Notes: generated from the sequence alone by a model not told the origin. A stretch of DNA of 63,497 bases, filler included, from Kipferlia bialata (GCA_003568945.1; 4 parts of 4 records of this genome joined end to end with filler, not necessarily neighbours in it), one strand, 5' to 3'; counted from the first letter of the whole stretch, positions 40,261 to 53,400 are shown. A program made the numbers and translations.

Positions 40261-43200
40261 ATACATGGTATCCATTTGTACAGTCGTTATACTGTTATCG
40301 AACAGCACAGCCCCAGCAGTCCAGTCATAGTGTTTGTATCCAGTAGGTAATGTATATATATGTATATATTTGTGTATTACATGGTATCCATATATATAGC
40401 TATACTGCCATCAAGCAGCACAGCCCCAGCAGCCCAGTCATTGTGTTTGTGTCATCTAGGTATCATACATATATATCATATATATATATGATAATAGACA
40501 TTTATATATATATACTCTGTAAGCAGCACAGCCCCAGCAGCCCAGTGATTGTGTTTGTGTCATCAAGGTAGAATATCTTGTGTGTGTACATATCAGTATT
40601 ATATGAATGTGTTACAGATGGTAGACTCTTACCTCTAGGCGTCAGACCAGGCTCACTGCCCAGGCTCTGATTGCATTCTCGTCCATTGATGACAGTGCCC
40701 AGGGGCTAGGTATGCATTATTATATATATATATAGTATAAGTAGTACACAAGGATATAGTACTCCTTGCATTCTCATCAATCGACGACAGTGCTCAGGGG
40801 CTAGGTATATATATTCATACAAATATATGTGGAATAGTGTATACCGTATACATTTGTACTGTACTCATTGCATTCTCGTGCATCGACGACAGTGCCCAGG
40901 GGCTAGGTATATATATACATACATATATATGTGGTAGATATACTGTATACTTTGTACTGTACTCATTGCATTCTCATCCATCGACGACAGTGCCCAGGGG
41001 CTAGGTATGATCATATACATACATATATATGTGGTAGATATACTATATACATTTGTACTGTACTCGTTGCATTCTCGTCCATCGACGACAGTGCTCAGGG
41101 GCTAGGTATAACTATGGTATATGTACTCAATACAATAGTATTCCGATTGACATAATGGCACGGTTGAATATTGACTTTCAAACGAGAAGCGTCCTATTTG
41201 CTCACCTCCAGGCTTCGATGTCATTGCCAAGCTGCCCAGAGACGACCTACAGGTAACGATGGATTTGTCGTGTATATAGTATAGTATCTATAGTCATAAT
41301 GGACCCTGGTGCCAAGCTATATCATATACAATACATATTCATACATACATACTAATATATACCTATTTGTGACCTATACTCACTCAGATGGAGTCCGACT
41401 CCATGCTGGACCCCGATGCCAAGAGGTGTCTGCAGTACGGTATCGGTCTGCATCATGCAGGTGAGGAGTGTATATATTCATATATATATATCCATATACA
41501 TATATATCCATATATATATACACACATACATATATATACATATATCTATGTAGCAGTATATAGATATGTATTAGTAAACATTGCATACATATATCCAGGC
41601 ATGACCACTGGTGACAGGTCCCTTGTGGAGTATATATATGGAATATAGTTACTGTATATAAATANNNNNNNNNNNNNNNNNNNNNNNNNNNNNNNNNNNN
41701 NNNNNNNNNNNNNNNNNNNNNNNNNNNNNNNNNNNNNNCTTTGTTATATTCTTATATCCAGGCATGACCACCGGTGACAGGTCCCTTGTGGAGAAGCTCT
41801 TCCTCAGCCAGGTAACTCTCTCTCTCTCTCACTCTCTCTCACTCTCTCTTTGAGAAGCTATTCCTCTGCCAGGTTCTCTCCCCCCCCGTTTTCTTCCTTG
41901 TCATTATGTCATTCCCACCTGCACCTTTTCTCTTGCTCTGTCCTCTCATGATTCCTCCCTTCTCAATACCATATATGTGACACAATGTAGCACATCAGGT
42001 TTGTTAATGCCATCTCCACCCCTCCTCTTCCTCCTCTCTCTCTCTCTCTTCTAACTCTAGCGCATCAAGCTAGTCATTGCCACCTCCACCCTGGCCTGGG
42101 GTGTCAACATGCCCTCATACTGCGTCATTGTTAAGGTATGCATAAGTATATACATGTACTACATATATATATAGATGTAGGAGACCATTGTAAAGGTATA
42201 CATGGTAATACTCATTTCGTGTGTATAGCTATACTTTTCATATGTACTTTTCTATGACTACTATTCCCTCATACTGGTAGAGATAAGTATTCAATGCACA
42301 GGTAAAGAAGTGACATTTCAGTCTCATACTGGAATGCTCATATCTTTATGTTACATACTTCACACTAACACCAGGGCTGCCAGTACTTCGATGGAGCCAC
42401 CAAGCGCTACACCAACTACTCTGTCACAGACATCATGCAGATGATCGGAAGAGCCGGTAGGCCTCAATTCTGTCAGGTATTAATGGAAGAATCGTAGTTC
42501 AACCATCTCAGAAATTTCAAGAGTCTTAGTATTCCAGTGACACTATAATACTAATAATAGTAATTTAGTGTTATACATTTTACCTCATATCCAGGAGCGC
42601 CGTGAGCGTCTGATTCAGAGACTGGCCATGCAGAGGGGAGTCAGTGATGTCAACAAGTGGCTGCAGAGGTATTATTATCAATTACTGTATGTAATACCAT
42701 ATATATATTGTATACTATATATATATATATATTGTATATATTGTAAATATATATATATATATATATTGTATACTATTTGTACTGAGTGCTCACATTAGCA
42801 TCGACGTGGGAGAGCTACTCGCTGCCCACCCCGACACTTACGTATATGGTTATGTATACATTCACTTGCATGCTTTATGTTTGTGTCTAATCCACCAGCA
42901 TTGATGTGGAAGAGCTCCTTGCTGCCCACCCCGAGCCCGAGTCTGTGGCCGTTGTCCTGTGTCACAACCCCAGCAAGCCATTCTTCAGAAGGTAATTGGA
43001 GTTGGGGTTCATTTCCCTATGTATCTGCAGATCGCATTACACTAACCCTAGATTCCTCTATGACCCTTTCCCGGTTGAGTCTGCCATGAGTGGCAAGCTG
43101 GAGGACACACTGGTGGCAGAGATTGCATCAGGGCTGATAGGTATGCATATTGTGAGTATATATAGCACACGGGACTGATAGGTTGGTAGTTGAAAGTGTA

Positions 43201-44974
43201 ATACAATTACCCAATCTACACAGTCACTCTTCCTCCACACCCTTATATCAGCCTCTGTCGATGACCTGAGGGACTGGCTCCACTACACATTCTACTACAG
43301 GTATGAGGATATATGGACTTAGTGCGGCTGTCCTACACCCTTAGTGCCAGTGCTTCTATTGCCTTCACAAGCGTTGATACTCTCTGATATATGGTCGTGT
43401 CTTTCTGACTCCCTAGGCGTGTCCCCACCAACCCTGGCTACTACTCGCTCATTCCCGAGGACATTGGTACGTAATTGACGAGTCTTGACTTATCAGGACA
43501 ACTGTTGACTTCCTCTGACTTCCTAGGATATGATTTGTCCGAGGGTTATGGCATTGACGGCAAGAGAGACATTATGAGAGAGGCTGGGGACGCCCATGCT
43601 ATCATGAGGTACTCATTGTCTCTCTCCCCCCCTCTCCCTCTCACTCTACACCCTTAATACCAGAGCCAATGAGGCCATTGACATTCTCTCTCTCTCTCTT
43701 TCTCTCTCTCCCCCTCTACACCCTTAATACCAGGGCCAATGAGGCCATTGACATTCTGACCGAGGCCAGGTGCATTGACGTCATCAACAACACCGAGTTC
43801 AGGGCAACCTCGCTAGGTGTGTAAGTTATTCAGTACATTGTATGCTTATATAATACATATATACGTATATGTATACAATATATATATTCATTGACGTTAT
43901 CAACAACGTAGAGTTCAGGGCCACATCTCTAGGTATATCGAATACAATGTATATGTGCTTAATGGTAGACATATACTTCACTTGAATTATGTGCCCAGGC
44001 TGCCTCTTGCAAAATCTGAATGTATCGGTTAATCCTTGTATATAACTGACTCTAGGTCACCTCGCAAGCCTGTTCTACCTCAACCACACCAGTGCCGTCA
44101 TGCTGCACGAGTGCCTGTTCAAGAGGTAACGCTATATAGATATACACTTCATTATTAGTACTATAATTATTCATAAAGTGTATATATGTATATGTATCGA
44201 GAGGTGTCATTGTATTTGAGATATATATGTATACCAGTGCCGTCATGCTGCACGAGTGCCTATTCAAGAGGTAACACTGTATGTATGTATATATCTATAT
44301 ATATAGAGAGAGAGAGAGTAAGAGGGGGGGTCATTGTATATATACACCTTGTCTGTATATACCAGTGCCGTCATGCTGCACGAGTGCCTGTTCAAGAGGT
44401 ATGTATATACAATAATATATATATGTATGTATAGAGAGCGAGAGAGAGAGAGAGAGAGAGAGACGTGTCATTGTAGATGTGTACATGTATATATATATAC
44501 CAGTGCCGTCATGCTGCACGAGTGTCTGTTCAAGAGGAATAGTATACTTGTAAATTCGTATATGGTTGTGTTTCCATGTGTGAATATATGGATAATCTAT
44601 GGATTATAGACAGATGTCTCATCCCAGCCACCCCTACCGCTACCCCCTATGTCTGCCACCAGAAAGCGTTCAATATATAACTATTTGTTGCTAGATTGAC
44701 ATGTTCTTACCCCCAGCCACCCCAACCGCTACCCCCCCCCCCATGTCTGCTGACTGTTACCATGTCCCCACCAATATATATATATATACTAATGTAATAT
44801 AATAATAGTATAGTAATAATAATATATATATATATGTATATCCTTACCCCCAGCCATCCCAACCGCTACCCCCCCATGTCTGCTGACTCTGACTCTGACT
44901 ATGTCCCCACTAACTGGGTCACTGCATTGATGGAGGCAATGGCAGCATGTGCAGAGTTCGAGCAGGTTAGTCAC

Positions 44975-45013
<39 letters not shown>

Positions 45014-46903
45014 TTGTACTGATATGTATTACTTCTATGGGTCACTGCCTTGATGGAGGCCATGGCTGCATGTGCTGAGTTTGAACAGGTTGGACACACA
45101 CACTCTCTCTCACTATATATATGTGTGGATATGTATTACTCCTATGGGTCACTGCCCTGATGGAGGCAATGGCAGCATGCGCAGAGTTTGAGCAAGTGAG
45201 ACTATATGTATTTACATATATGTATATATACGTTTGTGCCCACCAACTGGGTCCCTGTACTCATGGTGGCAGCATGGGCTGAGTTCGAGCAGGTACCACT
45301 CTCTCTATATATAAATACATATTTGTGAGTGATATATGTGAGTTCGAGCAGGTTAGTATCTGTCTCTATCAGTGTATGTAGGGTCATATGTATTTCTTCC
45401 ATTCTAACATTCAGGTCCCTGTGAGGCACAATGAGGATCTCTCTCTCTCTCAACAAGCGCATATATATGCATATATGTATATCTAGTACTCACCCCCCAG
45501 GTCCCTGTGAGGCACAATGAGGATATACAAATATACCCTCAACATATTCAGTATTAAGAGTACTATACGTTATGTGTATCTGTGTATACTAACTCCTCAG
45601 GTCCCTGTGAGACACAATGAGGACAACGACATGGAGCACATGGTGGCACAGGTATGGGTATAGATATATGTATAACTAGTGTATATATACATAGTGTTTT
45701 CACGTAGTATAGGGTAGGGCAACGACATGGAGCACATGGTGGCACAGGTAGATATGTAATACATATAGAATATGCAAATATACTCTTAGATATCGACATT
45801 ATTATATGTATCTAGTATCTCTAGATATGTCCTCACCCCCTCAGGAGCTGAGGCAGACCAGAAGGGCCCCCGATGGCACTGATGTGTTTGAGGGGGGGCT
45901 CAGGATGGTACCCCCAGGGTGCCTGCCACCAGGTATTACTACTACTCTCTCTCTCTCTCTCCCTCTGTCTCTCTCTTTAGATAGATATACTACTATGTAT
46001 GTACGATCATTTATGATTACGCATATATATGTGAGTGATGGTACCACCAGGCTACCTGCCACCAGGTATATATGTGAATACATTAATGTGTGTACTTGTT
46101 ATATATTAGTACAAAAGTTGGTACCTTCTCATTTCAGCTACCCTTCCTGCAAGACCCACCTTCTCCTCCAGACCCAGCTCTCTCTCTCTCTCTCTCTCTC
46201 CCTCTCTCTCTAACTCCTTAGGCTCCCCCTCCTACAAGACACACATCATTCTTCAGACCCAGCTATGGCACATATATATACACACAATATATTATAAATA
46301 TTATATAATATTATATAATATACTGTTGTATACCTCATATATATAATATAATATTTAATATTATACTGTTGTATACCTCACTACAGGATCCCCCTCCTAC
46401 AAGACACACATCCTTCTCCAGACCCAGCTGTCCAGGGCACACACACACACATATATATACACCATATAATTATACTACTTTCCTCCTAATCTAAGGTTCA
46501 CCGTCTTATAAGACCCACATCCTTCTTCAGACCCAGCTGTCCAGGGCACTCCCAGGGGGGGCACCAACCATGCCATGCGCCGATTTCTGGTGAGTAGTTC
46601 ATCATAGTGTATAGAGTATAGATAGTATGGATGCGGTACTCCCAGGGGGGGCACCAACCATGCCATGCGCTGATTTCTGGTAAGACTGTGAAGGACTATT
46701 CTTCTTCTTCTCTGGCTTGATCTGGCCTCTGTCATGGACCAGGCGTCAATCTCTCTTTCTCTCTCTCTCTCTCTCGATATACCCTAATATCAGGCTTGAC
46801 CTTGCCTCTGTCATGGACCAGGCCGTGAGACTGAGTGCAGCTGCCATCGAGTGTGCAGCGGGGTGCAGACTCAGTGACGACAGGATTATAGGTATTATAC
46901 ATG

Positions 46904-46936
<33 letters not shown>

Positions 46937-49900
46937 TATCAATGCCATTGAGTGTGCAGCAGGGTGCAGACTGTCAGACGATAGGATTATAGGTATATTA
47001 TTAGTATATGTAGAGAGAGAGAGAGTATCAATGCCATTGAGTGTGCGTCAGGGTGCAGACTCAGTGATGATAGCATAATAGGTACAGCACTACACTGCTA
47101 AGAGGGAGACAAGTATTATCCCCTTCAGAGCAACCTGCTTTCGGATTCCGTGTCATAGAATACCTCTGGTTATTCTATTCACATCCTCACCCCCAGGGGT
47201 CAGGTCCATGATAGATGCCTGCCGTCTCTCAGCTGGTCTCGTGCAGGTATGCAGCCAATAGCAATCAATGGATTGTCATACGTAGTGCAGTGAAATTATC
47301 AACCAATCAATCTATGAACCAATCTGACCCCCAGGGCCTGTGGCCTGACAGTGACAGCAGACTGTGCCTCCAGTCCATCAGGTTAGTATCATACCCTCAA
47401 CAATATTGGAAACGCTTACCCACCTGTATGGCGTATACTCTTCCAGAGATAGTTTCACTGCATAGATGTGTATGTTGTATCTCACCCTCCAGGGAGAGAC
47501 TGACCCTACTGTATCTTAGAGTAATACTACAGTATTTAGTAATAGTAGTAGTTCTGCTCACCCTCCAGGGAGAGGCTGACCCCCAAGTCCCACCTGGCTG
47601 TGCTGGACAGGCTGTCACAGGTACACCTCTCTACAGTTATATATATATATATAAATATATATTGATATATACATATACTATTGTATATTTTCTACGTGTC
47701 CCACCTCGCAGTGCTGGACAGACTGTCCCAGGTACAGTGCAATCATCATATATATTAATCTACTGGTACCACCTGGCTGTGCTGGACAGGCTGTCCCAGG
47801 GGTATTCCCGCATAACCCTTCATATTCACTTTGTGGAAATATACATACATTCTCTTTAGTAAAGATATGAGTATATGTGTATGTGTATGTGTGTATGAGA
47901 CCCTCACTCCAGGCCGGTCTGCCCAGCCTGGCACACATGGCACACCTCGGAGTGGGTACGTGTTTACAGTGATTGTGTATATATATATATACTATACTAT
48001 TTATTATTAGTAATTTGCTATCTACCTCGGAGTGGGTTCGTCTATACACTATGTAGTTGTATCTACCCCCTAGGCACCCCCTCAGCAGAAGAGGGCCCTT
48101 GCCCATACCTATATATACTATACCCCATATATACATACTATTCATATATATACTATACCTCTCCAACATATTATTATATATATATAGCTATATTGATTAT
48201 CATTAGTATTAGTGAAGTCTAACCCCTGGGCACCCCAGCAGAAGAGGGCCATTTCTCATATCTCATATATATATATTAGGTAATAGTATTCAGGGTCTTT
48301 AACCCCCAGACACCCCAGCAGTGAAACACACACATATATATCACTCTAATACTATATAGTCTCTTATCCACTAGGCAACACCCAGCAGAAGAAGGCCCTT
48401 TACCATTCATCCTTTCATATATATTGTCAGATCAATTATATAGCTCTAATCTAGGCAACACCCAGCAGAGAGAGGCCCTTAACCATGATATATCTTCTAT
48501 ATATATATATATATGGAAAGGCTAACCCCCTAGGCAACACCCAGCAGAAGAAGGCCCTGAGACAGGTGCTGCAGAGGGTGATGGGAGGGGATATCTCAGA
48601 CATTATTAGGGACATTGCAAGGTAATATTACGTAGTATATTCCCTCTAAGTGGTATAACTTGTATATAGATACATTAACAATTAGATGTATATATAAATC
48701 TACACATATATATATATAGGTGCTGCAGAGGGTGATGGGAGGAGATGTGTCCGACATCATCAGGGACATTGCAAGGTGTGTATATAAGACATTTATGGAC
48801 ATATATATATGAGTTCATATAGTATAATGATTGTACAATAGCATGAATGATAGTGTATGATTGGGACGTGTCAGACATCATCAGGGACATTGCCAGGTGT
48901 GTCTAGGTGTAAGAGATTATACAATGGTAGATTGATTATTGATCTCACCTTAGGGTCCCACTTGTGAGTGTGCGTGTTGAGAAGGGCGAGAACCCCCACG
49001 AGAGGGAGAGAGAGACAGACCAGGCCAAGAAGGAGACCCAGGGTGCCACGACCGTTGGTCCTACGGTCTATGACATCACAGAGGGAGAGAGAGGGGGAGA
49101 GAGAGAGAGAGAGGGCCAGGCCTTCCTCTGCGTCATGCCAACTACAGAGCTCAGAGTTACACTCAGGCACATCGGGACTATCCCAGGTACCTTGTGACAA
49201 GTAAAAATACGCAACCGTGTAAACAATTCGTACAATTACACTAACCCCAGGCATGTTCCGCTCAGAGATCTTCCCCAAGCAGAAGCCCCACTCTGTGTAT
49301 GTGGCTGTGTGTGTGCCACCACCCCATGTCACAGACGATGTCATTGCACAGTGGGAGAGAGAGGGATACGACTACTCAGAGGCCACAAAGGTATGATATA
49401 TGTGAATACACTATATATACTATATATGTATATATACCTGTGTCACAGACGAGGTGATAGCACAGTGGGAGAGGGATGGGTTTGACTACACAGAGGCCAC
49501 AAAGGTAACTACAATACTATATGTTCACCATTACTATCTATGATTCTCTCTTACACTTTTGACTGGCCTTGTTGTGCACAAGCGTCTCTTTCTCCATACT
49601 GTGACATCTCTCCCTGTTAGTATGAATTCATATCCACTCTTCTAACACTAGGACTGGCCTGTTGTTGTGCACAAGCGTGTGGCATTTGACAGGAGCACTA
49701 GATTTGCATTCCAGATCCAGTCTCGCAGAAGGTACTCTCACGCTCTCTCTCTCTTCTTATATGTACATATGTTTTCATTTACCCTGTCACAGTATCTATG
49801 TGTGTGTGGATATGAGTGTTCATATGCTTACTTACACTATGGTTCCTGTGCATATACATCTTGTCTGACACCTTGGCACCGACCAGTGCTATCTCTCTCT

Positions 49901-50046
49901 CCATATATATATATATGGTATATAAGGAGACTCACCGCAGGTTCCTGTGCATGTATGTCCTCTCTGACACCTACCTAGGCACCGATCAGTGCTATGTCTT
50001 GGACACAAGGGGTGGGCAGGTCATTGTAGATACAAACACCAAGTAG
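20133..50046 (+). CDS. ASCC3: ASCC3/Slh1-type Ski2-like helicase (two helicase + Sec63 cassettes), dozens of short exons, 5' end missing
   Basis: Cassette 1: [91 protein letters not shown]. Cassette 2: [106 protein letters not shown]-terminus [10 protein letters not shown], stop at 50046. The cassette-2 motifs match ASCC3 rather than Brr2. Confidence 0.9.
22888..23393 (+). repeat. Five intronic copies of the 3' half plus donor of exon 22762-22835 ([15 protein letters not shown]|gt)
   Basis: Copies at 22888-22933, 22995-23037, 23117-23162, 23234-23279 and 23348-23393, separated by TA/GA-rich spacers. Confidence 0.95.
39750..40567 (+). repeat. Eight copies of the exon end (K)[15 protein letters not shown]|gt
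   Basis: Copies starting near 39750, 39860, 39954, 40084, 40192, 40283, 40398 and 40521, each followed by GT. The start of the true exon probably lies in the N-gap 39238-39749. Confidence 0.95.
40766..41105 (+). repeat. Four intronic donor-half copies of exon 40639-40709 ([12 protein letters not shown]|gt)
   Basis: Copies near 40766, 40866, 40965 and 41067. Confidence 0.9.
48074..48480 (+). repeat. Five intronic acceptor-half copies of the exon starting at 48534 (GNTQQKKAL)
   Basis: Copies at ~48074, 48230, 48310, 48375 and 48455, each preceded by a branch-point/acceptor-like motif. Confidence 0.9.
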
Positions 50047-50228
50047 ATGGACAGATACGGGAATCGAAGCCAGATCCCAAGGATGGGAAACCTGCTCGAT
50101 ACCAACATCACAACAGTAGAATGCCTACCACTTCTACAATAGATTAGAAGGTCATTGTGTGCAATGTGATATGAGTTGTGATCCTGGCTTACTACAGAAG
50201 AACACTAATTGTACGTTTGTGTGTGTGT

Positions 50229-50263
<35 letters not shown>

Positions 50264-50275
50264 GATATATAAAAA

Positions 50276-50375
50276 NNNNNNNNNNNNNNNNNNNNNNNNN
50301 NNNNNNNNNNNNNNNNNNNTTAATTAATTAANNNNNNNNNNNNNNNNNNNNNNNNNNNNNNNNNNNNNNNNNNNN
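50276..50375. other. Artificial contig join (N-gap with TTAATTAATTAA linker)
   Basis: Linker at 50320-50331. Confidence 0.95.
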
Positions 50376-50450
50376 CCCCGTGCCCCCCCCCCCCCCCCCC
50401 CCCGCCCCTTTCTCTCTCAGTCATCCCGCCCTCCCCCCCTCTCCCCCCAG

Positions 50451-53400
50451 CTGGCTAGCCCCTGTCAACAACGAGGTCACACCCTCAAGTACAACAGTGG
50501 CACCAATGCAGGTGGGGGCGGATGAGTGTATGCATATGTATATATAACACACAATCCTATATATGTATGGTATATATATGATATGTACATGGATATTGTA
50601 ATTAGGTTAATAATGTAATGTTCCCAGTTACCCCCCCCCCCCTCTCGAACACATTAATCTCATCCCCCCCCCCTCCTACCCACCCCTTAATCATTCCCTC
50701 ACCCCCCAGGTAGTGCTTGCCTTCATCCCCCTCACTGCTATCCGGGCCCTGTTCACAAGGCAGGAGTATGACCCAGTCTCATGGTGGGTGGTGCATGGAT
50801 ACAGCATATAGTACCCACATTGAATGCTCACAGTGCATCACAGAGTGTCCATCGGTGTCGTCATCCTTCATGTCAGCTGTCCCTCTCCCCCTCTCTGTCT
50901 GTCGATGACAGCATCAGCTAATTGCCAGGGCCAACGTCATTGCATGTATCCTCATTTTCGGCCTTCTAGGCATCGTACTCATTGCGAGATGCTCTTGCTG
51001 CTGTGGACAAAAGGGAAAGTACGCGAAGTATGCTAAGTTAATCCTGTTATGTACACTGTATGTGGGGGGTGCAATCCATGTCCCCTAGACACCACATTGC
51101 TGCTATGAGATTCTAGAATACCCATATTATGGTGCTTTAGAACTCACTTACTCCAGGAAGATCCGGAAGATCGTCCGCAAGGCTGACACAAACAAGGATG
51201 AGTATGTGAACGTCGTCAGGGTACGTGACGTGTACCTATACGACAGTAGCAATATGTGGGTAATGCAGGATACTCACTCCAGCTCAGGGCTCGGTTCAGC
51301 CCCCCCTCTTCCCCTGCTGTCACCAACAGTACTACCACTGCCACTGCTACTACCACTGCTACTACCCCTGCTGCCCCGGCTGGACAGGCTGCTGAGACCC
51401 AGAAGGAGGAGGCCCTCTCGTACACCTCCCTCAGGAACACTCAGAGGGGGAAGGTGGCAGGTACCACTGTCCCACACCAACACATTTCATCACCCAGCAT
51501 TCATATATATATACCCATATATATTTATGATATATATATATATATGATATTAATATATATTGAGAGAGAGAGGGATGGTGGCAGGTGCCTGCATATTTGG
51601 CTAAGTACTCGCATCAATATATATTTGTTTGTCTCCTCCCATCTTTCTATCTCTCTTTCCATTGAATCTCCTTAGTTATTCGGTGTACAATATGTACTGC
51701 TGGCTTACCCCCAGGTGGCCTAGTCACCATCCTGCTCGTCATCTTGGGTGTAGGCATGGTGGGGTGGACGGTGTTTGCATGCATCTACCGTCACAACAAC
51801 ACTCTGGTGCTGCCTCGGGTACGTAAGGGATATATATGCACTTCCCGCTGCATTTCTCTATACCTATTCATCCTACCTCTCTGTTGTCTAGTCCCGATGC
51901 CAGGAGCTCTATGACGACATGTCCCCCGGCCAGCCCCCGTTCCTCAGAGAGAGACTGGTAGAGACAGTGCCCTACACCAGTGTAGACACGGTGGCTGGGA
52001 AGTACCTAGGTTAGATAATATGTGTATTGGTATGCATACCAGACACTGTGGGGAATATCCTCAGCTCACCCTCAGAGTCCAATGTTGCCGCCAACGACAA
52101 CCTGTACGTGATGGAAGCACTGTCAGGTGGGACATATACCACGTGCATATCAACACGACAGCCGACATAGCACAGTGCGTCATCTCCCACCCACTGATTT
52201 CTTTGTATTCATCTTTCCTAGGATCTGTCCCCCGCATGTCACCCACCCCAGGCTCCAGCTGGGATGTGCAGTGCATACCGTCTGACCCCGTCTTCCTGAG
52301 TATGACCTTCGAGGACAAGGTCAGGTACCATGCCTTGTGTGTACACTATGTGTCCTGTTGAATATGTAATATCAGTACTCTCTCTGTGTAGCCGTACCTC
52401 ACCCCAGGATAGTGTTCTCAGCTGGTGCCGGTGCCATTCCCTTTGGTGACTACCCGAGTCTGGGTGTGACACAGAACCCAACGACAGTGGCACAGCTGAG
52501 GTGGGGGGTAGTTGTCATACATACTGTGGTTATACTATAGTGTGCTGCAACTCTGTGTACATGACATACCAACCACCAGGGCTGCCAAGTGCCTAGTCCT
52601 TGAGACAGAGGGGTGCACTCTCATGGGTATGGATGTGGTGTATATACTCATCTCTATTGTACGCTTCTGTCGGTTTGGGTGCAGGAGCTCCATTGGTACA
52701 TATATATACCCTTCACAATACTCACCCTTCCAGGTGGTCCCCCATGCAGTGCCACTTACTCAGAGGATGAAGAGTGAGTGTTGTTACTATTGCTATACCT
52801 CTAGTGGCGCTGGTACCTCACGTATCGCTTCTTACTCTCACGGCAGCTACACCCCTCTGCTCCCCACCCTGAGCTACGGATGCTGGAAGGACGAGACAGA
52901 CATGTACCACCACGTCAGGTATCATGGATCATGTATACACTCATCACCTCTCTTTGCCCCCTCCCCCACCCCAGTGCCGTGTCTCTGGCCTGGGCTGCCG
53001 GGTACCCTTCCTTCACAGACATGACATTCACCTTGAGTATGGTACCCACCCAGGGAGGGGAATACGATGGGTTTGGACTCAATACGGCGGCAGTGAGGTA
53101 CTGTGTGGGTATTGGTGTAGGTGTATATACATGCACAGGGAGTCAGAGAGTCACTCGCTTGCATGGTTCTGATCTTGTGTGTTGTGTGTTGCAAGCACAT
53201 TCAATCTCTCACTGCTAGGACCCACGTCTACCCAGGGTCATTCAACCAGTACCTTATTACCCATGGGGAGTCTGCAGCAGAGCCTTACCTCAAGGGAGAC
53301 ACAATGGTACGGACGTGGTAGTGGTTATACCTTCAGGCAGTATGCTACCTTGGTGAACAGTGTCATGACATGGTCTCTACATCCATATCCCTATACAAGC

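Noticed and set aside
39750..41105. Dscam-type mutually exclusive exon clusters
   Set aside because: Copies generally carry only one splice site and part of the exon and encode essentially the same peptide, so they cannot substitute as whole exons. A few copies do have an upstream AG, which RNA-seq should check.
21100..49900. Numerous short YI/SL/ER-rich ORFs on both strands
   Set aside because: Translations of (TA)n/(CT)n intronic microsatellites or read-through from single exons.
20133..50046. Brr2/SNRNP200 identity
   Set aside because: The second cassette has ASCC3-type motifs ([35 protein letters not shown]) and an intact-looking DExH box.
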